From: Bacteroidia bacterium
GTDB lineage: Bacteria > Bacteroidota > Bacteroidia > NS11-12g > UBA955
Reading direction: 5' to 3'
Length of the DNA stretch: 64,000 nt
NCBI GenBank assembly: GCA_038317095.1
Contig: JBBQBB010000002.1
Span: 17,805 to 81,804 of the forward strand
The notes under the pieces are model-generated. The model was not told the DNA's origin. It saw only the letters and a list, made by a program, of their open reading frames with translations, and made no database searches. How positions within the stretch are numbered: position 1 is the first letter of the stretch; each line of letters starts with the position of its first letter. The position numbers and the translations under genes were made by a program. This document shows positions 10,029 to 20,473 of the stretch, one piece after another.

Positions 10029-10865
10029 TTATAAAAACAAGCCCAAAGCTTCTATAATTTTACCTTGAGAAATTAACTGTATTGCGGCATTTTCGGGGTT
10101 TGCATCAAGGTGCAAAGCCTTTGTTCCGGCTATCAATTCTTCATGCGGCATTTCTAACAAGGAAGCCATTTTCCCAATGTCGTTTGCAGACAATATTTGG
10201 CTGTTTTTTACAGCAACAGGAAGTGCATCGTATCCAATGGGCTTTTGCATTGGTTGTGGAAGCTTAAACATGTTTTCGGCAGTTGCATGGCTATACCAAG
10301 GGCCACCCATGCGGGCTACCAAATCCATCTTAATGGGGTCAATTTTTCCATCTTCATTTAATACGGTTTCGTGAATATGCATTCTAATCACTTCGCAAAT
10401 CACCAAATTTCCAGCACTCGCACCTTCGCCCAATTCTTTTAGTTCTATGACTTTACATTCCATTTGTACTGGACTCTCTGCAACTCTAAAAGGTTTAATT
10501 AAATCAGAGGGAATTGCCGTAAAACCGGCTTTTTCAAATTCAGAAATGCCTTTTTCCCAAGGTGCTGCCGTCACATTCATTTGCTGAACTATGGGGAAGT
10601 TGACAATATTAACCACCACTTCGGGCACTTCTTTTACATTAAGCCAAGTATGCTTTGGCGTGCCATCCCGTCCAGAATTATTGGGGGCAAAAATGAGAAT
10701 CGGGGGTTTGGCAGAAAATACATTGAAAAAAGAAAAAGGTGCCAAGTTTGGATGTCCAACTTTGTCTACTGTACTGGCAAAGCAAATGGGACGAGGGCCA
10801 ACGGCACCCAGTAAATATTGGTGCAATTGAGGCACTGTAACTTCTGATGGATTGATGACGAGCAT
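10029..10865 (-). CDS. flavin reductase family protein (FMN-binding split barrel)
   Basis: 278-aa ORF. NPSEVTVPQLHQYLLGAVGPRPICFASTVD is characteristic of flavin reductase-like domains. Confidence 0.65.
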   Translation of the reverse strand: MLVINPSEVTVPQLHQYLLGAVGPRPICFASTVDKVGHPNLAPFSFFNVFSAKPPILIFAPNNSGRDGTPKHTWLNVKEVPEVVVNIVNFPIVQQMNVTAAPWEKGISEFEKAGFTAIPSDLIKPFRVAESPVQMECKVIELKELGEGASAGNLVICEVIRMHIHETVLNEDGKIDPIKMDLVARMGGPWYSHATAENMFKLPQPMQKPIGYDALPVAVKNSQILSANDIGKMASLLEMPHEELIAGTKALHLDANPENAAIQLISQGKIIEALGLFL

Positions 10866-11072
10866 GCTGCAAAGATAGAATCTGGATGGCTTTTGCTTTA
10901 TAAACTTTTTTCGATCAACTTCTAATGTGCAAACAACTATTTTGGAGTACTCATTTATTTACAAATTCACTCATTCTTTGCTATTTCCTCTTTATTTAAA
11001 TATGCACAAATAAATTGATTGTATTGTTGGTCAAACTTACTTTTTGTAAGATGTTATTTTTGTCTGCGAATA

Positions 11073-11415
11073 TACCGTCGCACCTTACCCAAATCATTGT
11101 ACCAAACAGAACCGGCGAAATATTTATTGCACCATTGTATTTTCTTTTTTGAAACTGCCTGTTTTATTGAGGTAAAATGAACTTCCTCCTTTCAATATCC
11201 GAAGGGCTTCTAAAACAGTTTGCGTAACATCTAACCGAAACAATATGTGAACATGATCTTCTACTGCATTGGTATGATCCACAAAAAAAAACCTGGCCGG
11301 ATTTTACATTTTTGAAATAATGAATAAGCGCGTGAACAATCTCTGGTTTTAATAAAAAATCACTGTTTTTGGTTCGCCAGACTGCGTGAATCCAAACGAA
11401 GACTTCGGAGGGCAT
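11073..11415 (-). pseudogene. IS200-like/REP-associated Y1 (HuH) transposase homologue disrupted by two frameshifts at homopolymer runs
   Basis: ORF 11164..11415 gives MPSEVFVWIHAVWRTKNSDFLLKPEIVHALIHYFKNVKSGQVFF. After the A9 run (11283-11291) the reading continues in another frame as VDHTNAVEDHVHILFRLDVTQTVLEALRILKGGSSFYLNKTG, which contains the HxH HuH motif. After a second A-rich run it continues as QWCNKYFAGSVWYNDLGKVRRYIRRQK*, where the catalytic-Tyr region would be. The three frames together reconstruct a ~115-aa Y1 transposase-like protein. Confidence 0.55.
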
Positions 11416-11525
11416 TTAGCGAATGTAGGGATTACTCCGAAAATTGCAAGAATGAAAACACTTAATGGGATGCTACCGCCAATGCCTTTAAAGAAGAGTG
11501 TTTTGTGCAGGCTAAAGCCTACCCT

Positions 11526-12746
11526 TTATAGCGTATGTCCCAATTTTGATTTCTTGGTTTCTAAATATCTTTTGTTGTGTGGGTTAGGTACCACTTGCAA
11601 CGGAACATTTTCCACCACTTCAAGGCCATATCCAACTAAACCCGTTCGTTTTCTAGGATTGTTGCTCATCAGCATCATTTTCTGAACACCGAGATCCCGA
11701 ATAATTTGGGCACCTACGCCATAATCTCTTTCATCCATTCCAAAACCCAATTGAATATTGGCTTCAACCGTATCAAATCCCTGCTCTTGTAGTTTGTAGG
11801 CCTTCAATTTGTTTAACAAACCAATGCCACGGCCTTCTTGGTTCATGTAAACAATTACCCCTTTGCCTACTTCATTGATTTTTTCCATAGCCTTTTGTAA
11901 TTGTTCACCACAATCGCATCGGCAACTGCCAAAGATATCCCCGGTCATACAACTGCTATGCACACGCACATGAACTGCCTCATCGGGCTCCCAGGCTCCT
12001 TTAATCAATGCCAAGTGTTCTTGGCCGTTGTTGGTTTGTCTAAAGGCTACCAAATCAAAATCTCCCCATTTGGTAGGCATAGTTACAGAAATTTCGCGTT
12101 GAATCAAACTTTCATTTTGCAAACGGTATTTGATCAAATCTTCGATAGAAACAATTTTAAGATTGAACTTTTTTGCCACTTCCATTAAATCAGGAAGTCG
12201 CGCCATGCTGCCATCCTCATTCAGAATTTCTACTATGCAACCGGCAGGTTCAAAACCGGCCAAACGAGCCAAATCAATTGCAGCTTCGGTATGACCAGCG
12301 CGTCTGATCACCCCTTCCGCTTTGGCTCGTAGTGGGAAAATATGCCCAGGACGCCCCAGCGCTTCGGCTTTAATTTCAGGATTTATAAGGGCTTGCACCG
12401 TTTTTGAACGATCCTGGGCGCTTATACCTGTTGTGCATCCATGGCCCAGCAAATCTACCGATATAGTGAATGCAGTTTCATGGGTTGCGGTATTTTGGCC
12501 AACCATCATGTGTAAACCCAGTTGGTCACATCGTTCTTCGGTCAGCGGCACACAAATGAGCCCTCGGCCTTCGCGTGCCATAAAGTTGATCATTTCTGGA
12601 GTTACGTTTCGGGCTGCAGTTAAAAAATCACCTTCATTTTCACGATCTTCATCGTCAACGACAATGACCACCTTGCCTTTGCGTATTTCTTCAATGGCTT
12701 CTTCTATGCTGTTAAGTTGTATTGTATTGCTCACTTTGGATAACAT
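11526..12746 (-). CDS. ribBA: bifunctional 3,4-dihydroxy-2-butanone-4-phosphate synthase / GTP cyclohydrolase II
   Basis: 406 aa. N-terminal DHBP synthase ([13 protein letters not shown]) and C-terminal GCH-II with a CRCDCGEQL zinc site. Confidence 0.9.
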   Translation of the reverse strand: MLSKVSNTIQLNSIEEAIEEIRKGKVVIVVDDEDRENEGDFLTAARNVTPEMINFMAREGRGLICVPLTEERCDQLGLHMMVGQNTATHETAFTISVDLLGHGCTTGISAQDRSKTVQALINPEIKAEALGRPGHIFPLRAKAEGVIRRAGHTEAAIDLARLAGFEPAGCIVEILNEDGSMARLPDLMEVAKKFNLKIVSIEDLIKYRLQNESLIQREISVTMPTKWGDFDLVAFRQTNNGQEHLALIKGAWEPDEAVHVRVHSSCMTGDIFGSCRCDCGEQLQKAMEKINEVGKGVIVYMNQEGRGIGLLNKLKAYKLQEQGFDTVEANIQLGFGMDERDYGVGAQIIRDLGVQKMMLMSNNPRKRTGLVGYGLEVVENVPLQVVPNPHNKRYLETKKSKLGHTL

Positions 12747-12796
12747 TTAGGGTGAATCCTAAAAATGTTACTGCAAAATTCGGTAAATTAAATCGA

Positions 12797-13378
12797 TTAT
12801 TTTGTTTTGTAGTGGCTTCTTGCCAAATCTTTTATAGAACAATTGCCAATAAGCACGTCTTCAATTACAAAATCGCCCTTCCAAATTCTGGCCAAGGTAT
12901 AAACTTCAACATTGGAATTGATTATGGTTTCTCTGAAAACCTTTTCTGCATCAGGGGCCAAATCTTCGGGTAAATAATACCTTTCTAACGGCGGGCGAAA
13001 GCACCAAATATTACCCAATCTACCATTTAAATAGCCTTGGTATACATATTCAAGCTTTATATAATTGGTTGATTTTTCAGGAGGCATAAAATCCAAAGAA
13101 ATCAACTTTGCATAGCCGCTATCGTTGGTATTAAAAATAGCATATTTTGGAATTTTATTTTCATCCAATGCCACTTTATATTCACCACAGATTTGATCAT
13201 AATTTAATTCTAAATATCGTCCCACAATTGGATTTGCGGGGTCGCGCAGCGCGCATTTAAATTTATACTGTTTTCCATAATAGAAAATTTGGTTTTTATC
13301 CCATATTATTTTCCCTAAATATCCCAATTGGAAAATGGCGGCAATAATCCATATAAAAATGGCATTTCTTTTAGTCAT
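12797..13378 (-). CDS. GDYXXLXY domain protein
   Basis: Carries GRYLELNYDQICGEY (a G-x-Y-x-x-L-x-Y variant). Signal/TM at the N-terminus. Overlaps the upstream DUF2157 gene by 8 nt, the usual partner arrangement. Confidence 0.55.
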   Translation of the reverse strand: MTKRNAIFIWIIAAIFQLGYLGKIIWDKNQIFYYGKQYKFKCALRDPANPIVGRYLELNYDQICGEYKVALDENKIPKYAIFNTNDSGYAKLISLDFMPPEKSTNYIKLEYVYQGYLNGRLGNIWCFRPPLERYYLPEDLAPDAEKVFRETIINSNVEVYTLARIWKGDFVIEDVLIGNCSIKDLARSHYKTK

Positions 13379-14672
13379 GCAGCTCCTTTCTATTCTTTTG
13401 TTCCATCACAATTTTATTACCAATAAAAAATCCAACACCCAACAAAATAAATACTACGCCGCGAATAAAAAAACTGAGGTTAAAATCGAAAAAGCGCAAT
13501 ATTATTAGCAATACAATAAATACCATACCTGCATTTAACCACAAAAAATTCAAATGTTCTACACCTCGCCAAATCATAATGCAACCCAACACAAGGATAA
13601 AAACATTGTCTAACAATTGACCAACTTCGGGGTCGAATTTTCCAACCAAAATACATATAAGCCAAATGGGATACAAAATGTGGGTGAAATTCCATTTTTG
13701 GTTTACAAAGAGTTTAATACTGGCAGCTAAATAGATGAGATTAAACAATACAATTTCAAAAACAGCAAATTTGGATTTGTCGAGATGTTGTAAAGTAAAT
13801 TCATTGGCTAAATTTTTCATACTGAATTTATAAGAAAAAACAAATAATAGCACAATTGCACCCGAAAAACCCAAATTCAAGAACCCCGTTTTCCAGCCAT
13901 CTGGGAAGTCGGCTAAATCGATTGAACAGAAGTGAATGTAAAGTTGAAAAAGCACAAAATACAACAAAAAAGTCCATACACCTGCTTCTAAACCAAAAAT
14001 TCCCAAAACCGGAATGAAAAGCATTGGCAACAAATAGCCTGCAACTTTTGCAAACAAAGTTGACGCATTTTTAACCAAAACAAACCGCCAAACAAATACC
14101 AAAACAAGCGCAAGCATCCACCAATAATGGTGCATGGAATGGCCTATATCGTGGCGTGCATATTGCAAAACTCCGTACCAAGTTGTTCCTAACCATATTA
14201 GGGTCCAAGCGGCATTTGACCTTAGTACGAACATAACAGGTGCTGCCATTGCAACCCACAGGAGTACAAAACCATCAGTGCCACCTTGAATTTGATAAAT
14301 TTGGGCAATCAAAGAAATGGATGCCCCTGGAGCCAACGCCCAAAAGGCCGCTGTGGATTCTCTCCATACATCGTTTTCAAACCTTTTTAGCAAAGTAAAC
14401 AGCACCAAACACAGTGCAATTGCAACAGGCATAAAGGCCAAAATGGTTTTTATTGGGCGAGAAATGTGATCCCAATTTTCTGCAACCATTAACGAAATAC
14501 CAAGGCCTATTAGAATGGAGCCAATGATTCCGAATAAAATAAATACAGTATTATTAGCAGCATTTTTTTTGCCTTTTTCATATTCAAGGATGCGCGATTC
14601 TAATTCCAAAGGGATGAAGCCTTGATTCCGCCATTCCTCCAATCGTTTCTCTATATTTTTAAAAGATATCAT
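13371..14672 (-). CDS. DUF2157-type polytopic membrane protein, partner of GDYXXLXY
   Basis: 433 aa. The N-terminal cytoplasmic segment MISFKNIEKRLEEWRNQGFIPLELESRILEYE is followed by >10 hydrophobic helices. Confidence 0.5.
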   Translation of the reverse strand: MISFKNIEKRLEEWRNQGFIPLELESRILEYEKGKKNAANNTVFILFGIIGSILIGLGISLMVAENWDHISRPIKTILAFMPVAIALCLVLFTLLKRFENDVWRESTAAFWALAPGASISLIAQIYQIQGGTDGFVLLWVAMAAPVMFVLRSNAAWTLIWLGTTWYGVLQYARHDIGHSMHHYWWMLALVLVFVWRFVLVKNASTLFAKVAGYLLPMLFIPVLGIFGLEAGVWTFLLYFVLFQLYIHFCSIDLADFPDGWKTGFLNLGFSGAIVLLFVFSYKFSMKNLANEFTLQHLDKSKFAVFEIVLFNLIYLAASIKLFVNQKWNFTHILYPIWLICILVGKFDPEVGQLLDNVFILVLGCIMIWRGVEHLNFLWLNAGMVFIVLLIILRFFDFNLSFFIRGVVFILLGVGFFIGNKIVMEQKNRKELHD

Positions 14673-14795
14673 CTGATTGGGTCTAATTCAAAACAAATAT
14701 ATATTAATCTTTTGATATTCCATGGCAACCGTGACAGATGTCACTCTTTAATCAAAAAATCGAAGTCAATTTTGCATTTAAATAATTTACACACA

Positions 14796-16217
14796 ATGAA
14801 AATCGAACAAATTTATACGGGTTGTTTGGCCCATGGAGCATATTATATAGAAAGCGAAGGCGAGGCCGCAATCATAGATCCACTGAGAGAAACAAAACCA
14901 TATACCGACAGAGCCGAAAGAGATGGCGCTAAGATTAAATATGTTTTGGAAACGCATTTTCATGCGGATTTTGTTTCTGGGCATCTTGATTTGGCTAAAA
15001 TTACAGGAGCCAAAATTGTATACGGACCGACAGCGAAGCCCCAATTTGAAGCACATATTGCCGCGGATGGTGAAGTATTAACCTTAGGGAAAGTAAAAAT
15101 AAAAGTCATTCATACCCCTGGGCATACGATGGAATCGAGTTGCTTTTTGTTAATCGATGAAAACGGAAAAGAGCATTCACTTTTTTCAGGGGATACACTT
15201 TTTATTGGTGATGTGGGAAGGCCAGATTTGGCGCAGCATGTAATTGCCGAACTTACGCAAGAAAAATTGGCGGGTTATTTGTTTGATAGTTTGCGCGAAA
15301 AAATAATACCATTGAATGATGACTTGGTTGTTTATCCAGGGCATGGCGCGGGCAGCGCTTGTGGCAAGAACATGAGCAACGAAACCACAGATACTTTGGG
15401 TAATCAAAAAAAGCAGAATTATGCACTACAGCCGAATTTAACAAAAGCAGATTTTGTGAAAGAAGTGCTCACAGGTTTAATGCCACCTCCAGGGTATTTT
15501 CCACAAAATGTTTTATTAAATATCAACGGCTATGAAAATATTGAATCTGTTATGCAAAGGGGATTGCAAAAATTTTCTCCCACAGCATTTGAAGCCTTAG
15601 CAAATGAGACCAATGTTTTGGTGATTGATATTAGGGAAGCGGAAGAATTTGGCAAAGCCTTTATTCCAAATTCAATTAATGTTGGCATAGATGGAAATTT
15701 TGCCACTTGGGTGGGTACTTTGGTGCTAGACGTAAAGCAAGAAATTTTACTCGTTGGCTCGCCAGATAGAATAGAAGAGGCGGTTACAAGACTTGCGCGT
15801 GTTGGTTTCGACAATTGTTTAGGATATTTAGATAGGGGATTTGAATCTTGGATTCAAAAGGGCCTTGAAACCGACTCTATCGTGTCAATAGGAGCAAGAG
15901 AACTTGCCGATAGAATCGTTGCCAACTCAGATTGTCAATTGTTGGATGTGCGAAAAAAAAGCGAATACGAAAGCGAGCATATTCAAGGAGTTGAAAATGC
16001 ACCTTTGGATTTTATCAATGAGAGTATGCTAATAGTGAATAAGCAAAAACCTGTTTTTATTTATTGTGCAGCAGGGTATCGCAGCATGCTTTTTATTTCC
16101 ATTTTGCGTTCAAGGGGGTATAACAATTTGGTGAATGTATCAGGCGGTTTTAAAGCGATGAAAGGAACGGAAAAATTCCATTTGACGAAATTTCACAAAC
16201 AAAAAACAATGTTGTAA
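14796..16217 (+). CDS. MBL-fold metallo-hydrolase fused to two rhodanese domains (persulfide dioxygenase-sulfurtransferase type)
   Basis: HFHADFVSGH is an HxHxDH metal motif. The C-terminal rhodanese active site is CAAGYRS. Start trimmed to ATG 14796 (MKIEQIYTG). Confidence 0.75.
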   Translation: MKIEQIYTGCLAHGAYYIESEGEAAIIDPLRETKPYTDRAERDGAKIKYVLETHFHADFVSGHLDLAKITGAKIVYGPTAKPQFEAHIAADGEVLTLGKVKIKVIHTPGHTMESSCFLLIDENGKEHSLFSGDTLFIGDVGRPDLAQHVIAELTQEKLAGYLFDSLREKIIPLNDDLVVYPGHGAGSACGKNMSNETTDTLGNQKKQNYALQPNLTKADFVKEVLTGLMPPPGYFPQNVLLNINGYENIESVMQRGLQKFSPTAFEALANETNVLVIDIREAEEFGKAFIPNSINVGIDGNFATWVGTLVLDVKQEILLVGSPDRIEEAVTRLARVGFDNCLGYLDRGFESWIQKGLETDSIVSIGARELADRIVANSDCQLLDVRKKSEYESEHIQGVENAPLDFINESMLIVNKQKPVFIYCAAGYRSMLFISILRSRGYNNLVNVSGGFKAMKGTEKFHLTKFHKQKTML

Positions 16218-16243
16218 ATTTGATGTTTCAATGAAATATTTTA

Positions 16244-16576
16244 TTGCCTAATACAAAATTGTTGGAAAATATATTCTGGTCCGGATACAGCCATAAAGAT
16301 AGAATCGCTGCAGTATCTGAAATTGAAATGGTTATAAATCAATATGGAAACATTACCGATTTTAAACAATTTTCTGATGTGTCCATAGCATTGCAAGTTG
16401 AAATTAGAGAATCTAGGTTGAATGATTTATACCATGCCTTGGAAAAAACAATGGGAATGAATGAACATAAAGATTTGGCCGTTGCAACTGAAGTGGAAAG
16501 GGTTCTGTTTTTACATGTTTCATTCTCAACGGGTAAAGGCGAACTAAGAATAGAGGTGCCTTTGGTTCCAGGTTAA
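16244..16576 (+). CDS. hypothetical protein (TTG start in ORF track; no recognisable domain)
   Basis: 110-aa ORF in an otherwise empty spacer. Coding status uncertain. Confidence 0.3.
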   Translation: MPNTKLLENIFWSGYSHKDRIAAVSEIEMVINQYGNITDFKQFSDVSIALQVEIRESRLNDLYHALEKTMGMNEHKDLAVATEVERVLFLHVSFSTGKGELRIEVPLVPG

Positions 16577-16631
16577 GTAAGGTCATAAGCACTAAAAAGT
16601 TTAGAATATTATAAATATATTTGCGATTCGT

Positions 16632-16952
16632 ATGAAAATTAAAACCATTGTTTCCATTTTAATTTTGGGAATGGGTGCCGCTGATTTTGCATTTGCTGGG
16701 GGAACTTTGCAACCTTTAAGCAACACCGAGCAAAATTTAAGCGCTGTAAAGTCAAAAATGGACAGCATGGACAAAATCGCCGAAAATGTAAAAGGCGGAT
16801 TGGATGCTATGGATGTCAAACTCAAAGACGCAGAAAAACGAATCAAAGAAGCCGAAGCAGCCAAAAACCACAAACCCAATTATTGGATGCCAATTATTGG
16901 CGGAGCCCTTTTGGGAATCGGCTTGGCTGTATGGTTAAAACGAAAAAAATAA
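16632..16952 (+). CDS. small exported coiled-coil protein with a C-terminal membrane anchor
   Basis: Signal peptide MKIKTIVSILILGMGAADFAFA. Charged helical middle. The C-terminal hydrophobic helix is followed by KRKK. Confidence 0.45.
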   Translation: MKIKTIVSILILGMGAADFAFAGGTLQPLSNTEQNLSAVKSKMDSMDKIAENVKGGLDAMDVKLKDAEKRIKEAEAAKNHKPNYWMPIIGGALLGIGLAVWLKRKK

Positions 16953-16983
16953 TACCCAAACCCGCTGTGATTTATATGTCTTT

Positions 16984-17718
16984 CTATTTCAAATGGTATT
17001 CGGACTTTAACAAATTTATCAGGGAATTTAGTTTTTTGGATGCAGAAGGTATAAGTTCAAGGGTTATCTGCAAATGTTGCCTATGGTAAGTTTGGAAAAT
17101 ATTTAACAATTCCTGATCTGTTTCTTGGGTTCTGTTTAAAATAATAGGATTGTTGGTTATTAAAGAATCTGTCTCAAAATTAAAATCTTGTGCCCTAAAA
17201 TGTTTTAACCTGAAAGGTGTAATATGGGTTTTGTTAAAATCTTGCTCAAAATCTACGGCTTTTATCACCCGAGGCAATAAAACATCATAATACTGCTGCA
17301 TGGCTGTAATAAGAGTTTCATCCTTTAAATATCTGAGGCTCCCCGATGCTTTCATTTGTTCATAGGTTGCAGTTATTGCATGAATTTCAAATAAAAAAGA
17401 GACTGCTTTGGTGGCTTCAATTATTTCCTTATCCGTAGGTTTTTGGGTTTGGGTCATGAGTAAGAAAAGTGCTTTGCTTCTTTTTTTTATCAAGTTCATT
17501 TCTTTCGCCCTTTTTTCAAAATAGATAGAATCACCCCTGAGGTCTGAAAGCACCAAGCTGGCAAATTTTTTCTCTCTGTGGTTTTCTATCATCTGTTCCA
17601 ATTTAAATTCTGCCAAAAATCCGCAAAAAACCGCCAAAAATAGCATAAGAAATTCCCAAAAATATTCTTTTAAAAGTTTTTTCCCGTGGGCTGGGTGTGT
17701 GTGCTGGTGAACTTCCAT
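16984..17718 (-). CDS. hypothetical membrane-anchored protein
   Basis: 244 aa with a single N-terminal TM (FWEFLMLFLAVFCGFLA). No recognised domain. Confidence 0.4.
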   Translation of the reverse strand: MEVHQHTHPAHGKKLLKEYFWEFLMLFLAVFCGFLAEFKLEQMIENHREKKFASLVLSDLRGDSIYFEKRAKEMNLIKKRSKALFLLMTQTQKPTDKEIIEATKAVSFLFEIHAITATYEQMKASGSLRYLKDETLITAMQQYYDVLLPRVIKAVDFEQDFNKTHITPFRLKHFRAQDFNFETDSLITNNPIILNRTQETDQELLNIFQTYHRQHLQITLELIPSASKKLNSLINLLKSEYHLK

Positions 17719-18459
17719 TTTTTATGTTTTTTTGTCTTGAGGTTATTGTGAATGCGTCAATATGATTAGTGGTAAAAGAAATTGGTTTGATGAGCACTAT
17801 ACGCAAATATAAAAACAAAGTTACAATATATAAATGCGTTTCATGCCAGTTTATTTTTTGGAGAAAGAAATTCAATGTGTTTTTTATTATTAACTGATTT
17901 ATTGCAATTGCCTCAGTTCGAAACCATTGAGAATCAAATGGTAAATTTAATTTTTTTTAGAAACCAAAAGCACCATTTTACAACGTCAAAATTGTGACCT
18001 TATCATATGTGCGTGTAAAGTTATTTTGCTTTTAATATAAGGTAGAAAACTTTTGAAATAGGACTCTAACACTTATATTGGCTTGAAGATTTGTGATGGA
18101 AAAATAAACATAAATATGGAATTAGAGAACCACATATTATAGAGTTACGTGTATGATGGCCTGCGTATTATTGTCTACAGAAGTAAAACTTCATCAGTGA
18201 AACTTATAACTTATTCCACTGGTTGTATTACTCTTTTATAAAAGCATTCTATCATCTTTGTTTTTATGAATTTTATGAAGATTATAAAATAATTTCTCAT
18301 TTTATAATCTTTAGCAACTTATTTGTTCCAAGATTCGAAGGAAGTGTAAATCATTTATTATTTTCATAATAAAAAATATAAAAACCTAATTTTTAACAGT
18401 TTCGGCACAAACAAATCAGACGACCAGCGAAATTCCAAAACAATTATTACACAAATCCC

Positions 18460-18777
18460 TCACCCCATCACAAAAACCAAACCAGCAAAAGCCAGTGTAA
18501 CCCCTACGATGGTAAGGCCGTATAGAATAAAGTAATTGTGGCCAAAAAGCAAAGTATAAAACATACTAAAAGCACAGATTGCCGAGCCTATGCCAATGAG
18601 CACCATGCCTTTGCTGCGGCTTGCTGCGTGTATTTCTTTTCGCACCAATTTGGTTGCTTCGGCAGCCAAATCTGGATCTGCTCCCATTTCCGTCAAACGC
18701 ATTTGAATCAACTCCCAATCCAAGCCTTCCGACATCAAATGCCTTGCTTTTGCAGCATATTCATACAAATTTGACAT
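18460..18777 (-). CDS. hypothetical small membrane protein
   Basis: 105 aa. The C-terminal half has two hydrophobic helices. Confidence 0.4.
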   Translation of the reverse strand: MSNLYEYAAKARHLMSEGLDWELIQMRLTEMGADPDLAAEATKLVRKEIHAASRSKGMVLIGIGSAICAFSMFYTLLFGHNYFILYGLTIVGVTLAFAGLVFVMG

Positions 18778-18852
18778 ATTTATTCACTGCAATTAACGGA
18801 ATTGCAATGAAAAAACAAGGCATTTCTTGTAATTTGGAATTGTTAAAAATTA

Positions 18853-20388
18853 CTAAAAATCAAATTTAATGCCCTGCGCCAATGGCAAAGTTTTGCCATA
18901 ATTGATGGTATTGGTTTGCCGGCGCATGTAATTTTTCCAAGCATCGCTGCCACTTTCACGGCCTCCGCCTGTTTCTTTTTCGCCTCCAAATGCGCCGCCA
19001 ATTTCAGCCCCACTGGTGCCAATATTTACATTGGCTATGCCACAATCGCTACCTACATGGCTTACAAAACACTCCGCTTCTTGCACATTGTCTGTAAAAA
19101 TAGCAGAAGCTAAGCCTTGTTTCACATCGTTTTGCATAGCAATGGCTTCAGTCAAATCGGAATACTGCATTACATACAATATGGGTGCAAACGTTTCATG
19201 TTGCACTATGGCGAAGTGATTTGCTGCTTCGGCAATGGTAGGCTCCACATAACAGCCACTTTCGTAACCTTTCCCTTTTTTTACTTTGCCGCCAAATAGG
19301 ATTTTACCCCCTTCGGCATCCAATTGCTTTAATGCATTAAGGTATAATTCTACAGCATGGATGTCAATCAACGGGCCCATGTGGTTATTTTCGTCCAACG
19401 GATTGCCAATGGCAATTTGCTTATACGCCGCCAACAATTTTTTCATAAATGCCGCATATTGGCTTTTATGCAAAATCAATCTGCGCGTGGTAGTGCATCG
19501 CTGGCCTGCCGCACCCACGGCACCAAATACCACCGCACGCAATGCCAAATCCAAATTGGCATGTTCCGAAACGATGATGGCATTGTTGCCGCCCAATTCC
19601 AACAAAGTTTTTCCCAAGCGCGCTGCAACAGATTTAGCCACTTCCTTGCCCATTCGGGTGGATCCTGTAGCCGAAACCAAGGCTACACGGTTATCTGCAG
19701 CCATTTTTTGTCCTATTTGAGCATCTCCGTTGATTACTGTAAAAATACCTTCAGGTAATTTGTTGGACACCAAAACCTCTTTGATAATGTGCATCACCGC
19801 AACCGCGCTTGCTGGTGTTTTTTCGCTGGGTTTCCAAATGCTTACATTTCCACAAACTGCTGCAAGCATGGCATTCCAACTCCACACTGCTACTGGAAAA
19901 TTAAAGGCTGAGATAATGCCAATAACCCCCAAAGGGTGGTATTGTTCCATCATTCTATGCTCGGGTCTTTCGCTTTGTATTTGCAAGCCATACAATTGGC
20001 GGCTTAAGCCCACAGCAAAGTCGCAAATGTCTATCATTTCTTGCACTTCGCCCATGCCTTCTTGCAGGCTTTTGCCCATTTCATAGCTTACCAAAGCACC
20101 CAAATTCTTTTTTTGCTCGCGCAACGCATTTCCTATTTGGCGAACTATTTCTCCCCTTTTGGGAGCAGGCATTTCTTTCCAAACTTTGAAAGCGTCTTGG
20201 CTGCGTTTTAACACGGCTTCGTATTCAGTTTCCCCAGCAAACACCACTGAGTATAAACTTTTCCCATCTACTGGGCTGGTAATATCTCTTGTTTCTGTGC
20301 CCAAAGCCGAAATCCAAGCTGTGCCCGTGCACACACTTTCTAGACGGGATGGAATGGCCAACTCATTTAAAACTTTTTTAATATCCAT
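18853..20388 (-). CDS. aldehyde dehydrogenase, ALDH7/piperideine-6-carboxylate (aminoadipate-semialdehyde) dehydrogenase-like
   Basis: 511 aa. Catalytic Cys in GQRCTTTRR and the LELGGNNA Glu motif. The N-terminus is ALDH7-like. Confidence 0.85.
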   Translation of the reverse strand: MDIKKVLNELAIPSRLESVCTGTAWISALGTETRDITSPVDGKSLYSVVFAGETEYEAVLKRSQDAFKVWKEMPAPKRGEIVRQIGNALREQKKNLGALVSYEMGKSLQEGMGEVQEMIDICDFAVGLSRQLYGLQIQSERPEHRMMEQYHPLGVIGIISAFNFPVAVWSWNAMLAAVCGNVSIWKPSEKTPASAVAVMHIIKEVLVSNKLPEGIFTVINGDAQIGQKMAADNRVALVSATGSTRMGKEVAKSVAARLGKTLLELGGNNAIIVSEHANLDLALRAVVFGAVGAAGQRCTTTRRLILHKSQYAAFMKKLLAAYKQIAIGNPLDENNHMGPLIDIHAVELYLNALKQLDAEGGKILFGGKVKKGKGYESGCYVEPTIAEAANHFAIVQHETFAPILYVMQYSDLTEAIAMQNDVKQGLASAIFTDNVQEAECFVSHVGSDCGIANVNIGTSGAEIGGAFGGEKETGGGRESGSDAWKNYMRRQTNTINYGKTLPLAQGIKFDF

Positions 20389-20473
20389 AAACGTTATGCA
20401 AAGTTAATACCCAATGTTTCTATTCTCTGTGAGGTCAATCACATTTTGGTAAAACTCTAAAGATAGAAACCAA

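Noticed and set aside
16601-16879. 92-aa minus-strand ORF
   Set aside because: Antisense to the better-supported signal-peptide ORF 16632..16952.
17905-17925. GTTCGAAACC, a T-loop-like motif that could mark a tRNA
   Set aside because: The surrounding 80 nt are extremely AT-rich with no acceptor or anticodon stem complementarity. No tRNA fold is possible.
19286-20086. Several 118-144-aa plus-strand ORFs
   Set aside because: All lie antisense within the ALDH gene. Compositionally biased shadow ORFs.
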